The translations under genes and the position numbers were made by a program. A stretch of DNA of 32,000 nucleotides from Paracoccus suum (GTDB taxonomy: Bacteria > Pseudomonadota > Alphaproteobacteria > Rhodobacterales > Rhodobacteraceae): contig NZ_CP030918.1 in the NCBI RefSeq assembly GCF_003324675.1, positions 90,001-122,000 of the forward strand. The letters are read 5' to 3'. Below the pieces are notes generated by a model that did not search any database, was not told the origin of the DNA, and worked only from the letters and a program-made list of their open reading frames with translations. Positions 19,613 through 28,460 of the stretch are shown piece by piece (position 1 is the first letter of the stretch; each line of letters begins with the position of its first letter).

Positions 19613-21259
19613 ATGGCACGCTATATCTTCATCACCGGCGGCGTGGTTTCGTCCCTTGGCAAGGGCCTCGCCTCCGCGGCGCTGGGGGCCCTGCTGCAGG
19701 CCCGCGGCTATACCGTGCGCCTGCGCAAGCTGGACCCCTACCTGAACGTTGATCCCGGAACGATGTCGCCCTTTGAGCATGGCGAGGTGTTCGTCACCGA
19801 CGACGGGGCGGAAACCGACCTCGACCTCGGCCATTACGAACGCTTTACCGGCGTCTCGGCGCGGCGCACGGACAGCGTGTCCTCGGGGCGCATCTACTCC
19901 AACGTCCTGGAAAAGGAACGCCGCGGCGAATACCTCGGCAAGACCATCCAGGTCATTCCGCACGTCACCAACGAAATCAAGGACTTCCTTTCCATCGACG
20001 AGGACGGGGTCGATTTCATGCTGTGCGAAATCGGCGGCACCGTCGGCGACATCGAGGGCCTGCCCTTCTTCGAGGCGATCCGCCAATTCGCCCAGGACCG
20101 CCCGCGCGGACAATGCATCTTCATGCACCTGACGCTGCTGCCCTACCTCGCTGCCTCGGGCGAGTTGAAGACCAAGCCGACCCAGCACAGCGTCAAGGAA
20201 TTGCGCTCGATCGGAATCGCGCCGGACGTGCTGGTCTGCCGGTCAGAGCAGCCGATTCCGGAAAAGGAGCGCGCCAAGATTGCGCTCTTCTGCAACGTCC
20301 GCCCCGACGCCGTGATCCCGGCCTATGACCTGAAGTCGATCTACGAGGCGCCGATGGCCTATCACCGCGCCGGCCTCGACCGGGCGGTGCTGGACGCCTT
20401 CCAGATCAGCCCCGCGCCGCGTCCCGACCTGACCCGGTGGGAGGACGTGATGAACCGCCTAACCCATGCCGAGGGCGAAGTCCGGGTCGCGATCGTTGGT
20501 AAATACACCAAGTTGGAGGACGCCTATAAATCGATCTCGGAGGCGCTGACCCATGGTGGCATGGCCAACCGGGTTCGCGTTCGCCCCGACTGGATCGACG
20601 CCGAAGCGCTGGAAACCCCCGAGGGCGTCCACCAACTCGACGGCTACCACGGCATCATCGTTCCAGGTGGCTTTGGTGAGCGCGGCACCGAAGGGATGAT
20701 CACGGCCGCCAAATACGCGCGCGAGAAAAAGGTGCCGTATCTGGGTATTTGTCTGGGCATGCAGATGGCGGTGGTCGAGGCCGCGCGCAATCTCGCCGGC
20801 ATCGCGGATGCCGGCAGCGAGGAGTTCGACCACGAGGCCGGCCATACCCGCTTTACCCCGGTGGTCTATCACCTCAAGGAGTGGATCCAGGGCAACCACA
20901 AGGTCGAGCGCAAGCTGTCTGACGACAAGGGCGGCACTATGCGGCTGGGCGCATACACTGCGGTCCTGAAGCCCGATTCCAAGGTCAGCGCCGTCTATGG
21001 CGGCGCAACCGAGATCGAGGACCGCCATCGCCACCGCTACGAGGTCGACACCCGCTATCGCGAACCGCTCGAGGCCGCCGGAATGCAGTTTTCTGGAATG
21101 TCGCCCGACGGCCGCCTGCCCGAGGTGGTCGAGTTGAGCGATCACCCGTGGTTCATCGGCGTGCAAAGCCACCCCGAGTTGAAGTCCAAGCCCTTTGATC
21201 CCGCGCCGCTGTTCGCCGATTTCGTCCGCGCGGCAAAGGATCTGGAGCGGATGGTCTGA
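19613..21259 (+). CDS. pyrG: CTP synthase
   Basis: 548 aa. N-terminus [18 protein letters not shown], a synthetase domain, and a C-terminal class I GATase domain (GICLGMQ, HRHRYEV). Confidence 0.98.
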   Translation: MARYIFITGGVVSSLGKGLASAALGALLQARGYTVRLRKLDPYLNVDPGTMSPFEHGEVFVTDDGAETDLDLGHYERFTGVSARRTDSVSSGRIYSNVLEKERRGEYLGKTIQVIPHVTNEIKDFLSIDEDGVDFMLCEIGGTVGDIEGLPFFEAIRQFAQDRPRGQCIFMHLTLLPYLAASGELKTKPTQHSVKELRSIGIAPDVLVCRSEQPIPEKERAKIALFCNVRPDAVIPAYDLKSIYEAPMAYHRAGLDRAVLDAFQISPAPRPDLTRWEDVMNRLTHAEGEVRVAIVGKYTKLEDAYKSISEALTHGGMANRVRVRPDWIDAEALETPEGVHQLDGYHGIIVPGGFGERGTEGMITAAKYAREKKVPYLGICLGMQMAVVEAARNLAGIADAGSEEFDHEAGHTRFTPVVYHLKEWIQGNHKVERKLSDDKGGTMRLGAYTAVLKPDSKVSAVYGGATEIEDRHRHRYEVDTRYREPLEAAGMQFSGMSPDGRLPEVVELSDHPWFIGVQSHPELKSKPFDPAPLFADFVRAAKDLERMV

Positions 21260-21299
21260 GGCGAAACGACCCGGCGCTAACCGGCTGTTAAGGGCAGGC

Positions 21300-22583
21300 A
21301 TGGTAGACCATGCCCGTCAGGAACAGGGGGGCGTCGTGACAGATCGCTTGGTGGGCGCCAGTGAACGGATACTGGCAGTTGACGAGCTTTGCTATTCCCG
21401 CACAGACGCGCGCGGTGTGATCGCCTGTGCAAATTCTGTCTTCCACGAACTCTGGGGGTATGCGCGGGGTGATTTGGACGGCGCGCCGCACAGCATCATT
21501 CGACATCCAGACATGCCCAAGGGGCTGTTCTGGCTGCTGTGGCAGACGCTTCAGGCCGGGCTGCCGGTTGGCGCCTATGTCAAAAACCTGACGCGAGATG
21601 GAAAATCCCACTGGTGCTTTGCCCTGATCGAGCCGGCCGCGGGCGGTCATGTCTCGGTCCGGATGCGCCCGCAGGGTGGGTTGTTCGGGCCGGTGACGGC
21701 GCTCTATCCGCAGATGCTCGCGGCCGAGGCGGCAGGCGCGACGCCGCAGGAGTCCTCGGCGTTGCTACTTGCGGGCCTGTCTGAGGCAGGCTTTGCGTCC
21801 CACGCCAGCCTCCAGGGCGCCGCGATGCTGGCGGAGGCACAGGCGCAAGCGGAGCACAGACGGGACAAGGGACTGGCGACGACCCTGTCCCAACTGGCGC
21901 GGCTGCGCGAGGCAACGAGCCAGCTTGCGCGCGAGAACTTGCAGTTGATGGACCTGTTCACCTCGCTGCATCTGGTGCCGACCAACATGCGGTTGCTCGC
22001 TTCGCGGATCGAGCCGTCAGGCGGCCCGATCACCGCGATTTCCGACAGCTACAAGCGCGCCTCGGCCGAGATCGTCGGGCTATTGCATCGCCTGACCGGC
22101 AGCGCGGCGCAGGGATCCGGGCTGATGGCGACGCGCCTTGATGAGGCCGCCTTTCGCACTGCAGCCGCTGGCGTCCAGCAGATGGCTTGCGCGCAACTCC
22201 GCGCCGAGGCGGGCCGACCTCCCGAGGGCGCAGGCCATGCTGAAGCAGCCATCCTCTGCGCGACCTCCGCGTCGAGCCTGGCACGCGCTCGGGCCGGGAT
22301 TGCTGAACTCGGCGCCTTGGTTGAAGGGGTGCGCCGCGACGACGAGGCACTGCTGCGCCAGATGTCGGGTCTCGATCAGATCCGCATCCTTGGGCAAGTC
22401 GAGAGCGGCCGGAACCGCAATCGCGACGGGGACCTCGTTTCGGTCATGGAGCAGCTTTCCGGCTTTCATGCCGCGATCCACAACCGGCTTGATTCCATCC
22501 TGACCCTGACCGCGCAGATGCAGGCGATCACGGGCGCACTGAACGACGCGGCGCAATCGCAAACCTCCTTCAAGGCGGCTTAG
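21300..22583 (+). CDS. Soluble Aer-type PAS domain protein with a divergent MCP-like coiled-coil C-terminal region
   Basis: The PAS core aligns by eye with the E. coli Aer PAS domain (TDARGVIACANSVFHELWGYARGDLDGAPHSIIRHPDMPKGLFWLLWQTLQAGLPVGAYVKNLTRDGKSHW). The C-terminal ~280 aa is Ala/Leu-rich heptad-like, and TNMRLLASRIEPSGG resembles the MCP hairpin tip. There are no hydrophobic TM segments. I took the ATG at 21300 as the start; the GTG at 21336 is an alternative. Confidence 0.75.
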   Translation: MVDHARQEQGGVVTDRLVGASERILAVDELCYSRTDARGVIACANSVFHELWGYARGDLDGAPHSIIRHPDMPKGLFWLLWQTLQAGLPVGAYVKNLTRDGKSHWCFALIEPAAGGHVSVRMRPQGGLFGPVTALYPQMLAAEAAGATPQESSALLLAGLSEAGFASHASLQGAAMLAEAQAQAEHRRDKGLATTLSQLARLREATSQLARENLQLMDLFTSLHLVPTNMRLLASRIEPSGGPITAISDSYKRASAEIVGLLHRLTGSAAQGSGLMATRLDEAAFRTAAAGVQQMACAQLRAEAGRPPEGAGHAEAAILCATSASSLARARAGIAELGALVEGVRRDDEALLRQMSGLDQIRILGQVESGRNRNRDGDLVSVMEQLSGFHAAIHNRLDSILTLTAQMQAITGALNDAAQSQTSFKAA

Positions 22584-22722
22584 CGCGCGGCGCCGCCGGG
22601 CGCCGCCGATTCGGCAGCGCGCCGGAATGCGACAATTTAATGGATTTCGGGTTATGTTCAGTCGGAACCGGGTGCGCCGGCTTGCCCTTGTAACGGCCCG
22701 TAAAATCCCTAAACGTGGCGGC

Positions 22723-23181
22723 ATGTTCCGGAACCTCCTGTCCCGCCTTTTCACCGAATCCGACGATGCCCCGGCCCTGAACGGTCAGGACGCAGAAGTG
22801 GCAATTGCCGCCCTGCTGATCCGCGTGGCGCGTGCTGATGATCGTTATTCCGACGCGGAGCGGGCGCGTATCGACCGCATTCTTGGCCGTCGCCGCGGGC
22901 TGAGCCCCGACGAGGCCGCTGAACGCCGCGCGGCCGCCGAGATGATCGAGGCGGAGGCCCCGGACACCGTACGCCTTACACGCACGATCAAGCAGCGCGT
23001 GCTGCTCGAGGATCGCCTGACGGTCATCTCGGCTCTGTGGGAAGTCGTCTATGCCGACGGCGGGCGCGGTGCCGACGAGGAGGCGATGGTTCGCCTCGCC
23101 AGCGGTCTGCTCGGGGTCAGCGATGTGGACAGCAACCTCGCGCGGCAAAGGGTGATTGCCGAGATGGGGCCGACCGTCTGA
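22723..23181 (+). CDS. TerB-family (tellurite-resistance-like) protein
   Basis: I chose the internal ATG at 22723 of ORF 22627..23181. The 152-aa helical protein has motifs typical of small TerB-like proteins (VAIAALLIRVARADDRYSDAERARI; LWEVVYADGGRGADEEAMVRLASGLLGV). Confidence 0.75.
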   Translation: MFRNLLSRLFTESDDAPALNGQDAEVAIAALLIRVARADDRYSDAERARIDRILGRRRGLSPDEAAERRAAAEMIEAEAPDTVRLTRTIKQRVLLEDRLTVISALWEVVYADGGRGADEEAMVRLASGLLGVSDVDSNLARQRVIAEMGPTV

Positions 23182-23281
23182 CATTTTGTGGGATGCGTGT
23201 GTTGGCGCAAAATTCACTGCGAATTCGCGCTGTGACTTAAGCGGGGCGATTCATTAGCTGTCTTTGGCCTTGGCCGCAGAC

Positions 23282-23304
23282 ATTAAACAATTTTAATTAA
23301 ATAA
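23282..23304. promoter_or_regulatory. Isolated AT-rich block in the 270-nt region upstream of the ABC operon
   Basis: ATTAAACAATTTTAATTAAATAA has 22 of 23 positions A/T in an otherwise very GC-rich window and contains the palindrome TTAATTAA. Its function (UP element, -10 region, or architectural-protein site) is not determinable by eye. Confidence 0.3.
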
Positions 23305-23451
23305 CGCCGCGCTCCCCGACTTCCCGCTGGGCGCTGATATTTGCGGGCGACAGCCACCGCGCGACCACCCGCCCCCGAACCGTTCCTGACGCGAAAGCGT
23401 CACGCAAAAACCGTTGCATTCGGACGCCAAATCCCACCACATGGCGGCATC

Positions 23452-24291
23452 ATGACGTCTGCCTCGCCCAGCGCCCTTGCCGACACCGGTTCCCCTCTGA
23501 CCGCGGCCGCCGTCCAGACCGCTGCCCCGCCCGTGATCGAGGTGCGCGAGTTGCACAAGGCCTACGGCCCGCTCGAGGTGCTCAAGGGCGTCACCCTGAC
23601 CGCGCCGCGTGGCCATGTCGTCAGCCTGATCGGCTCGTCCGGGTCGGGCAAGTCCACCCTGCTGCGCTGCCTTAACCTGTTGGAATTCAGCCAGCAGGGC
23701 GAGATCATGTTCGAGGGCGAGGCAGTCCGCTGGCGCGGCACCGGCCATGCCCGCCAGCCGGCCGACAGGGCGCAGGTCACGCGCTTTCGCACCAACCTTT
23801 CCATGGTGTTCCAGCAGTTCAACCTGTGGGCGCACATGACAGTCCTGCAGAACGTGATGGAGGCACCCCTCACGGTCCTGCGCCAGCCCCGCGCCGAGGT
23901 CGAGCCTCGCGCCCGCGCCCTGCTCGATAAGGTCGGCATCGGCGACAAGGCCGAAGCCTGGCCCGCGCAGCTGTCTGGCGGCCAGCAACAGCGCGCTGCC
24001 ATCGCCCGCGCCCTGTGCATGCAGCCGCGCGCCCTGCTCTTTGACGAGCCGACTAGCGCGCTCGACCCCGAGTTGCAGCAGGAGGTCGTCAAGGTCATCA
24101 AGGATCTCGCGGGCGAGCACCGCACCATGGTGCTGGTCACGCATGACATGCGGCTGGCGGCCGACGTCTCGGACCATGTAGTGTTCCTTCACAAGGGGCG
24201 GATTGAAGAGGAAGGCCCGCCCGCGCAGCTTTTCGGCGCCCCGCGCACCGACCGGCTGCGGCAATTCCTCAGCGCCAGCATGGCGCACTGA
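23452..24291 (+). CDS. ABC transporter ATP-binding protein, polar amino acid (HisP/OccP) type
   Basis: I chose the internal ATG at 23452. Walker A GSSGSGKST, signature LSGGQQQRAAIARAL, Walker B LLFDEPTSALD and H-loop VTHDM are all present. Confidence 0.92.
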   Translation: MTSASPSALADTGSPLTAAAVQTAAPPVIEVRELHKAYGPLEVLKGVTLTAPRGHVVSLIGSSGSGKSTLLRCLNLLEFSQQGEIMFEGEAVRWRGTGHARQPADRAQVTRFRTNLSMVFQQFNLWAHMTVLQNVMEAPLTVLRQPRAEVEPRARALLDKVGIGDKAEAWPAQLSGGQQQRAAIARALCMQPRALLFDEPTSALDPELQQEVVKVIKDLAGEHRTMVLVTHDMRLAADVSDHVVFLHKGRIEEEGPPAQLFGAPRTDRLRQFLSASMAH

Positions 24292-24308
24292 TCGACAGGA
24301 GAGACCTG

Positions 24309-25316
24309 ATGAACCGACTGCTGCTGGCTGCCGCCGCCCTGGCCCTGAGCGCGGGCCTCGGCCACGCCGATACGATCCGCATGGGGACCGAGGGCGCCTA
24401 CCCTCCCTACAACTTCATCAACGACAAGGGCGAGGTCGACGGCTTCGAGCGCGAACTCGGCGACGAGATCTGCAAGAAGATCGACGCCCAGTGCACCTGG
24501 GTGAAGAACGACTGGGACAGCATCATCCCGAACCTGGTGTCGGGAAACTACGACACCATCATCGCCGGCATGAACATCACGGACGAGCGGCGCAAGGCCA
24601 TTGCGTTCAGCGTCCCCTACACCCCGCCGCCGCCCTCGGCCTATGCCGCGCTCAAGCCTGACGTCGACGTCACCAAGGGCGTGATTTCGGCCCAGACCAA
24701 CACCATCCAGGCCGCCCATGTCCCGGAAACCGGCGCGCAGGTGCTGGAGTTCGCGACGGGCGAGGAGACCATCGCCGCCGTCCGCAACGGGGAGGCCGAG
24801 GCCGTGTTCGCCGACCGCGACTTCCTCGCCCCCGCCGTCGCCGATTCCAAGGGCGAACTGGTCTGGGTCAACGGCCAGGACAAGGTCGTGCTGGGCGAAG
24901 GCTTGGGCATCGGCATGCGCCAGTCCGATACCGCCCTGAAGGAGCGCATCGACAAGGCCATCGGCGAGATGCGGGCCGACGGCTCGCTCGACAAGATGAT
25001 CACCAAATGGTTCGGCCCCGAGGCGATGACCTTCGCCGCGATGGAAGCCGAGGCAGGCAAAGCCCCGGCCGCGACCGATGCGGCGGCGGCACCTGCAGCA
25101 ACGCCTGCGACCCCGGCTGCGCCGGCTGATGCCGCAGCGCCTGCGGCACCGGCAACGCCGGCCGCCCCGGCGGACGCAGCTGCACCGACCACTCCGGCGG
25201 CCCCAGCTGCTCCGGCGGCTCCCGCGGCGCCTGCCGACCCCGCAGCTCCTGCGGACCCGGCGGCTGCGCCGGCGGCGGGTACGGACCCGGCTGCGCCGGC
25301 GACGCCGGCGACCTGA
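24309..25316 (+). CDS. Periplasmic substrate-binding protein, HisJ/ArgT/opine type, with a ~95-aa Pro/Ala-rich C-terminal tail
   Basis: Signal peptide MNRLLLAAAALALSAGLGHA. SBP_bac_3-like core (IRMGTEGAYPPYNF...GFERELGDEICKK...WDSIIPNLVSGNYDTIIAGMNIT.ERR). AGGAGA SD sequence upstream. Confidence 0.9.
   Translation: MNRLLLAAAALALSAGLGHADTIRMGTEGAYPPYNFINDKGEVDGFERELGDEICKKIDAQCTWVKNDWDSIIPNLVSGNYDTIIAGMNITDERRKAIAFSVPYTPPPPSAYAALKPDVDVTKGVISAQTNTIQAAHVPETGAQVLEFATGEETIAAVRNGEAEAVFADRDFLAPAVADSKGELVWVNGQDKVVLGEGLGIGMRQSDTALKERIDKAIGEMRADGSLDKMITKWFGPEAMTFAAMEAEAGKAPAATDAAAAPAATPATPAAPADAAAPAAPATPAAPADAAAPTTPAAPAAPAAPAAPADPAAPADPAAAPAAGTDPAAPATPAT
25029..25313 (+). repeat. Low-complexity Pro/Ala-coding region with imperfect tandem repeats (SBP tail)
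   Basis: The translation contains ATPAAPADAAAPAAP followed directly by ATPAAPADAAAPTTP, then PAAPAAPAAPADPAAPADPAAAP. Confidence 0.7.
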
Positions 25317-25364
25317 TCCAGCGCCAACCTGCGGGTCGCCCCTTGGCGGCCTGCAGGGGATGCC

Positions 25365-26249
25365 ATGATGTTCGCAACCTGCGCCGATCCGAAGGCCCTT
25401 GAAGGCCTTGCCTGGCTGATGTGTTATCTCACATCGGGCAAGAACCTGCTGTTCTATGCCTCGTTCGGCACGGTGCTGCTGCTGCTCCTTATCACCGCGC
25501 CGCTGGCGCTGATGATGGGTTTTGGCGGCGCACTGGCCGCGCGATCCCGTATCGCACCGCTGCGGTGGCTGGGACGCGGCTATGCGCTGATCGTGCGCGG
25601 CGTGCCGGATATCGTGTTTTTCCTGTTCGTGCCGATCGCGGTCGACCAGGGCATCGAATGGCTGCGGGCAAAGGCGCTTTGCGATCCCTCAGTACCGATC
25701 CGCCAAGGGAATGAATTTCTGGTCTGTGCCGCCGCCAAGATGCCACTATCGACCGCGCCGCAATGGATCCACCAAGTCTACGGCTTCGGCCTCGCCGCGG
25801 CGGCCTTTGCGGTGGTGTTCGGCGCCTTTGCGGCGAATGTCCTGCTTGGCGCCATGCAGGCTGTCCCCCGCGCGCAACTGGAAACGGCCGAGGCCTACGG
25901 CATGAGCGATCGCCAGGTCACCCGTCGCATCCTGATCCCCCAGATGTGGAGCTATGCCGTGCCGGGCCTTTCCAACCTCTGGATGGTCCTGATCAAGGCA
26001 ACGCCGCTGCTGTTCCTGCTGGGGGTCGAGGACATCGTCTATTGGGCGCGAGACCTCGGCGGGTCCAAGACATCGGCCTTTGCCTATCCCCATGGCGACT
26101 GGCGGCTCTATTATTTCCTCGTCGTCCTTTGCTTTTACCTGGGCATGACCTGGCTGTCAGAGCGGGTGATCCGGCGTCTTGCCGGGCGCCTGTCGCGCGG
26201 CCAGGCGACGCTGGCCGGCGAGGCACAGCGCCGTGCGGTGCCGGCATGA
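25365..26249 (+). CDS. ABC transporter permease (HisQ/OccQ-like)
   Basis: 294 aa, multi-pass, with the EAA-type loop LETAEAYGMSDRQVTRRILIPQM. It also has a long insertion between the early TMs (DQGIEWLRAKALCDPSVPIRQGNEFLVCAAAKMP). Confidence 0.9.
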   Translation: MMFATCADPKALEGLAWLMCYLTSGKNLLFYASFGTVLLLLLITAPLALMMGFGGALAARSRIAPLRWLGRGYALIVRGVPDIVFFLFVPIAVDQGIEWLRAKALCDPSVPIRQGNEFLVCAAAKMPLSTAPQWIHQVYGFGLAAAAFAVVFGAFAANVLLGAMQAVPRAQLETAEAYGMSDRQVTRRILIPQMWSYAVPGLSNLWMVLIKATPLLFLLGVEDIVYWARDLGGSKTSAFAYPHGDWRLYYFLVVLCFYLGMTWLSERVIRRLAGRLSRGQATLAGEAQRRAVPA

Positions 26250-27079
26250 TCGCAAACCAGTGCCTGCACACGCTTGCCGATTACGGCCTGCGCGCCATCG
26301 GCATCGGCGAGCGCGCGCTGCCGCGCGGTGATTTCACCCTGTGCCAGCAGGTGGTCCTGATCGGCAGCGGCCTGATCTGGAACCTCTATTTCGCGATCAC
26401 CGCGCTGCTGATCGGCTTTGTGCTGGCCAACGGTCTGGCCCTCGCCAAGGCCAGCCCCGCGGCGTGGCTGCGCCGTCCGGCAGAGGGGTTCATCTTCCTC
26501 TTTCGCGGCTCGCCGCTGTTCATCCAGTTCTTCCTCGCCTACGAGATTCTCGTTCGCCTGCCCCGCGCAGGAATCGAGGTGTTTGGCTTTACCGTCGCGA
26601 CGTCCTGGCTGACCAAGGCCTGGGCCGGGGCGTTGATCGTCCTGATGCTGAACACTGCCGCCTATTCGGCGCAGATCTTTCACGGCGCGCTGATGAACGT
26701 GCCCAAAGGCGAGGTCGAGGCCGCAGACGCCTATGGCCTGACCGGCTGGAACCGGTTTCGGCGCGTGATCTGGCCGACCGCCATGCGCCTTGCCTGGCCC
26801 GCCTACACGAACGAGGCGATCTTTCTGACCCACGCCACGACGCTGGTGTTCTTTTCCAGCTTCCCTGCGTTCCAGCAAAAGGGCGATGCCCTTTATTATG
26901 CCAGCTATTTCGCCGACAAGACATTCAACCCATTCGTCGCCTACCCGATCGTGGGCGCGTATTTCATCCTCGTGACCCTGGCTCTTACTGGGGTCATGGG
27001 GTTGATCAACCGGCGGCTCAACCGCCATTTGCCGGGGGCGCGGGCGCGGTTGCGCTATCGCCCCCAACTCATCAGGTGA
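26246..27079 (+). CDS. ABC transporter permease (HisM/OccM-like)
   Basis: I chose the internal ATG at 26246 of ORF 25763..27079, which overlaps the upstream stop (ATGA). It has the EAA-type loop VEAADAYGLTGWNRFRRVIWPTA. The product is 277 aa. Confidence 0.9.
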   Translation: MIANQCLHTLADYGLRAIGIGERALPRGDFTLCQQVVLIGSGLIWNLYFAITALLIGFVLANGLALAKASPAAWLRRPAEGFIFLFRGSPLFIQFFLAYEILVRLPRAGIEVFGFTVATSWLTKAWAGALIVLMLNTAAYSAQIFHGALMNVPKGEVEAADAYGLTGWNRFRRVIWPTAMRLAWPAYTNEAIFLTHATTLVFFSSFPAFQQKGDALYYASYFADKTFNPFVAYPIVGAYFILVTLALTGVMGLINRRLNRHLPGARARLRYRPQLIR

Positions 27080-27083
27080 CATC

Positions 27084-28415
27084 ATGGACTGGCTCCGGGA
27101 CCATCCCGAAGTAAAGACGATCCGCGTGGCAGCCTCGGACCTTAACGGGGTGGCGCGCGGCAAGCGCGTTCCGGCGCGCTTTGCGGACAAGCTGTTGACC
27201 GAAGGGACCAAGTTCCCGTTCTCGGTCCTCAACATGGACATTTGGGGCGAGGATGTCGAAGACAGCCCGCTGGTGTGGCAGTCGGGCGATCCCGACGGAC
27301 TGCTGTTGCCCACCGAGCGCGGCTTCATGCCGATGCCATGGCTCGACGCCCCGACCGGCCTTCTGCCGCTGTGGATGTTCCACCCCGACGGCCAGCCCTA
27401 TGACGGCGACCCGCGCCAGGCCCTCGCACGCGTGGCCGAGCGTTATGCCGCCGCAGGGCTGACCCCCGTGGTGGCGACCGAACTGGAGTTCTTCCTGGTC
27501 GACGATTCCGGTGGTCAGTTGCGCGTGCCGCCCAGCCCGCGCAGCGGCAAGCGCCGCACCGGGGCCGAGACGCTGTCGCTGCGGGCGCTGGACGCATTCG
27601 ATCGCTTTTTCACGGCGCTCTATGACGCCTGCGAGGCGATGGACATTCCCGCCGACACCGCCATCAGCGAGGCCGCGCCCGGCCAGTTCGAGATCAACCT
27701 GATGCATCAGCCAGACCTCTTGAAGGCCGCCGATGACACATGGCTCTTCAAGATGCTGATCAAGGGGCTCGCGCGAAACTTCGGCTTTGCCGGCAGTTTC
27801 ATGGCCAAGCCCTATCATCTCTACAACGGCAGCGGGATGCACATGCATTTTTCGGTGCTGGATGCCGAAGGCGCGAACATCTTTGACGATGGCACCGACA
27901 CGGGCTCGCGCAAGTTGCGGGATGCGGTCGGCGGCTGCCTTGCGGCGATGCCCGGCTCGACCCTGCTTTTTGCGCCGCACGAGAATAGCTACGACCGGCT
28001 GGTCCCCAACGCCCATGCCCCCACCGGCATCGGCTGGGCCTACGAGAACCGGACCGCGGCGATCCGCATTCCTTCGTCCGGGCCAAAGGCCCGCCGGATC
28101 GAGCATCGGGTCGCGGGCGGGGACGTGAACCCGTACCTGTCTATCGCCGCCGTCCTCGGCGCTGCGCTGAACGGGATCGAGGATCAGGCGGACTGCCCGC
28201 CCCCGTTCGAGGGCAACGCCTATGACAAGGGTCTGGCGCAACTGCCCGGCAGTTGGGCCGAGGCGATCGATGCCTTCGAGGCCAGCCCGGAGATTCGCCG
28301 CATCTTCCCCGCGCATCTGATCGAGAACTACGTCATGACCAAGCGGCAGGAACTGCACTACATGGCCGATCTCAGCGACGAGGAAACGGTCGAGCTGTAT
28401 CTCGACATGGTCTGA
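27084..28415 (+). CDS. Glutamine synthetase-family ligase (gamma-glutamyl-amine synthetase-like, PuuA/PauA-type)
   Basis: 443 aa with GS catalytic-domain motifs (ATELEFFLVD, NGSGMHMHFSV, NSYDRLVP, YENRTAAIRIP). It starts 4 nt after the permease stop, preceded by an AGGTGA SD sequence. Confidence 0.88.
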   Translation: MDWLRDHPEVKTIRVAASDLNGVARGKRVPARFADKLLTEGTKFPFSVLNMDIWGEDVEDSPLVWQSGDPDGLLLPTERGFMPMPWLDAPTGLLPLWMFHPDGQPYDGDPRQALARVAERYAAAGLTPVVATELEFFLVDDSGGQLRVPPSPRSGKRRTGAETLSLRALDAFDRFFTALYDACEAMDIPADTAISEAAPGQFEINLMHQPDLLKAADDTWLFKMLIKGLARNFGFAGSFMAKPYHLYNGSGMHMHFSVLDAEGANIFDDGTDTGSRKLRDAVGGCLAAMPGSTLLFAPHENSYDRLVPNAHAPTGIGWAYENRTAAIRIPSSGPKARRIEHRVAGGDVNPYLSIAAVLGAALNGIEDQADCPPPFEGNAYDKGLAQLPGSWAEAIDAFEASPEIRRIFPAHLIENYVMTKRQELHYMADLSDEETVELYLDMV

Positions 28416-28421
28416 CGGAGC

Positions 28422-28452
28422 GGGGCGCGGACAACCGCGCCCCTTTCGTTTC
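28422..28452 (+). terminator. Rho-independent terminator after the first GS-like gene
   Basis: GGGGCGCGG-ACAA-CCGCGCCCC is a perfect 9-bp stem followed by TTTCGTTTC. It lies in the 45-nt gap between the convergent genes. Confidence 0.65.
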
Positions 28453-28460
28453 GGGCCGAG

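Noticed and set aside
23219-23228. Palindrome GCGAATTCGC and a nearby imperfect hairpin just downstream of the TerB-like gene, considered as a terminator.
   Set aside because: The stem is short, it is not followed by a T-tract, and 10-bp palindromes of this kind occur by chance. The support is insufficient to annotate it.
23328-23344. Sigma54-like element TGGGCGC-N-TTTGC upstream of the ABC/GS-like operon.
   Set aside because: The spacing between the GG and GC dinucleotides is one nucleotide longer than the strict -24/-12 spacing (GG-N10-GC), whichever G pair is used. The -24 box is also imperfect. I do not consider it a supported RpoN promoter.
24641-25366. A 241-aa Ala/Gly-rich ORF antisense to the substrate-binding protein tail, and similarly 19207..19461 antisense to the SecG tail.
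   Set aside because: These are the reverse complement of Pro/Ala codon repeats (CCG/GCN), which necessarily reads as Ala/Gly repeats. There is no independent evidence of coding.
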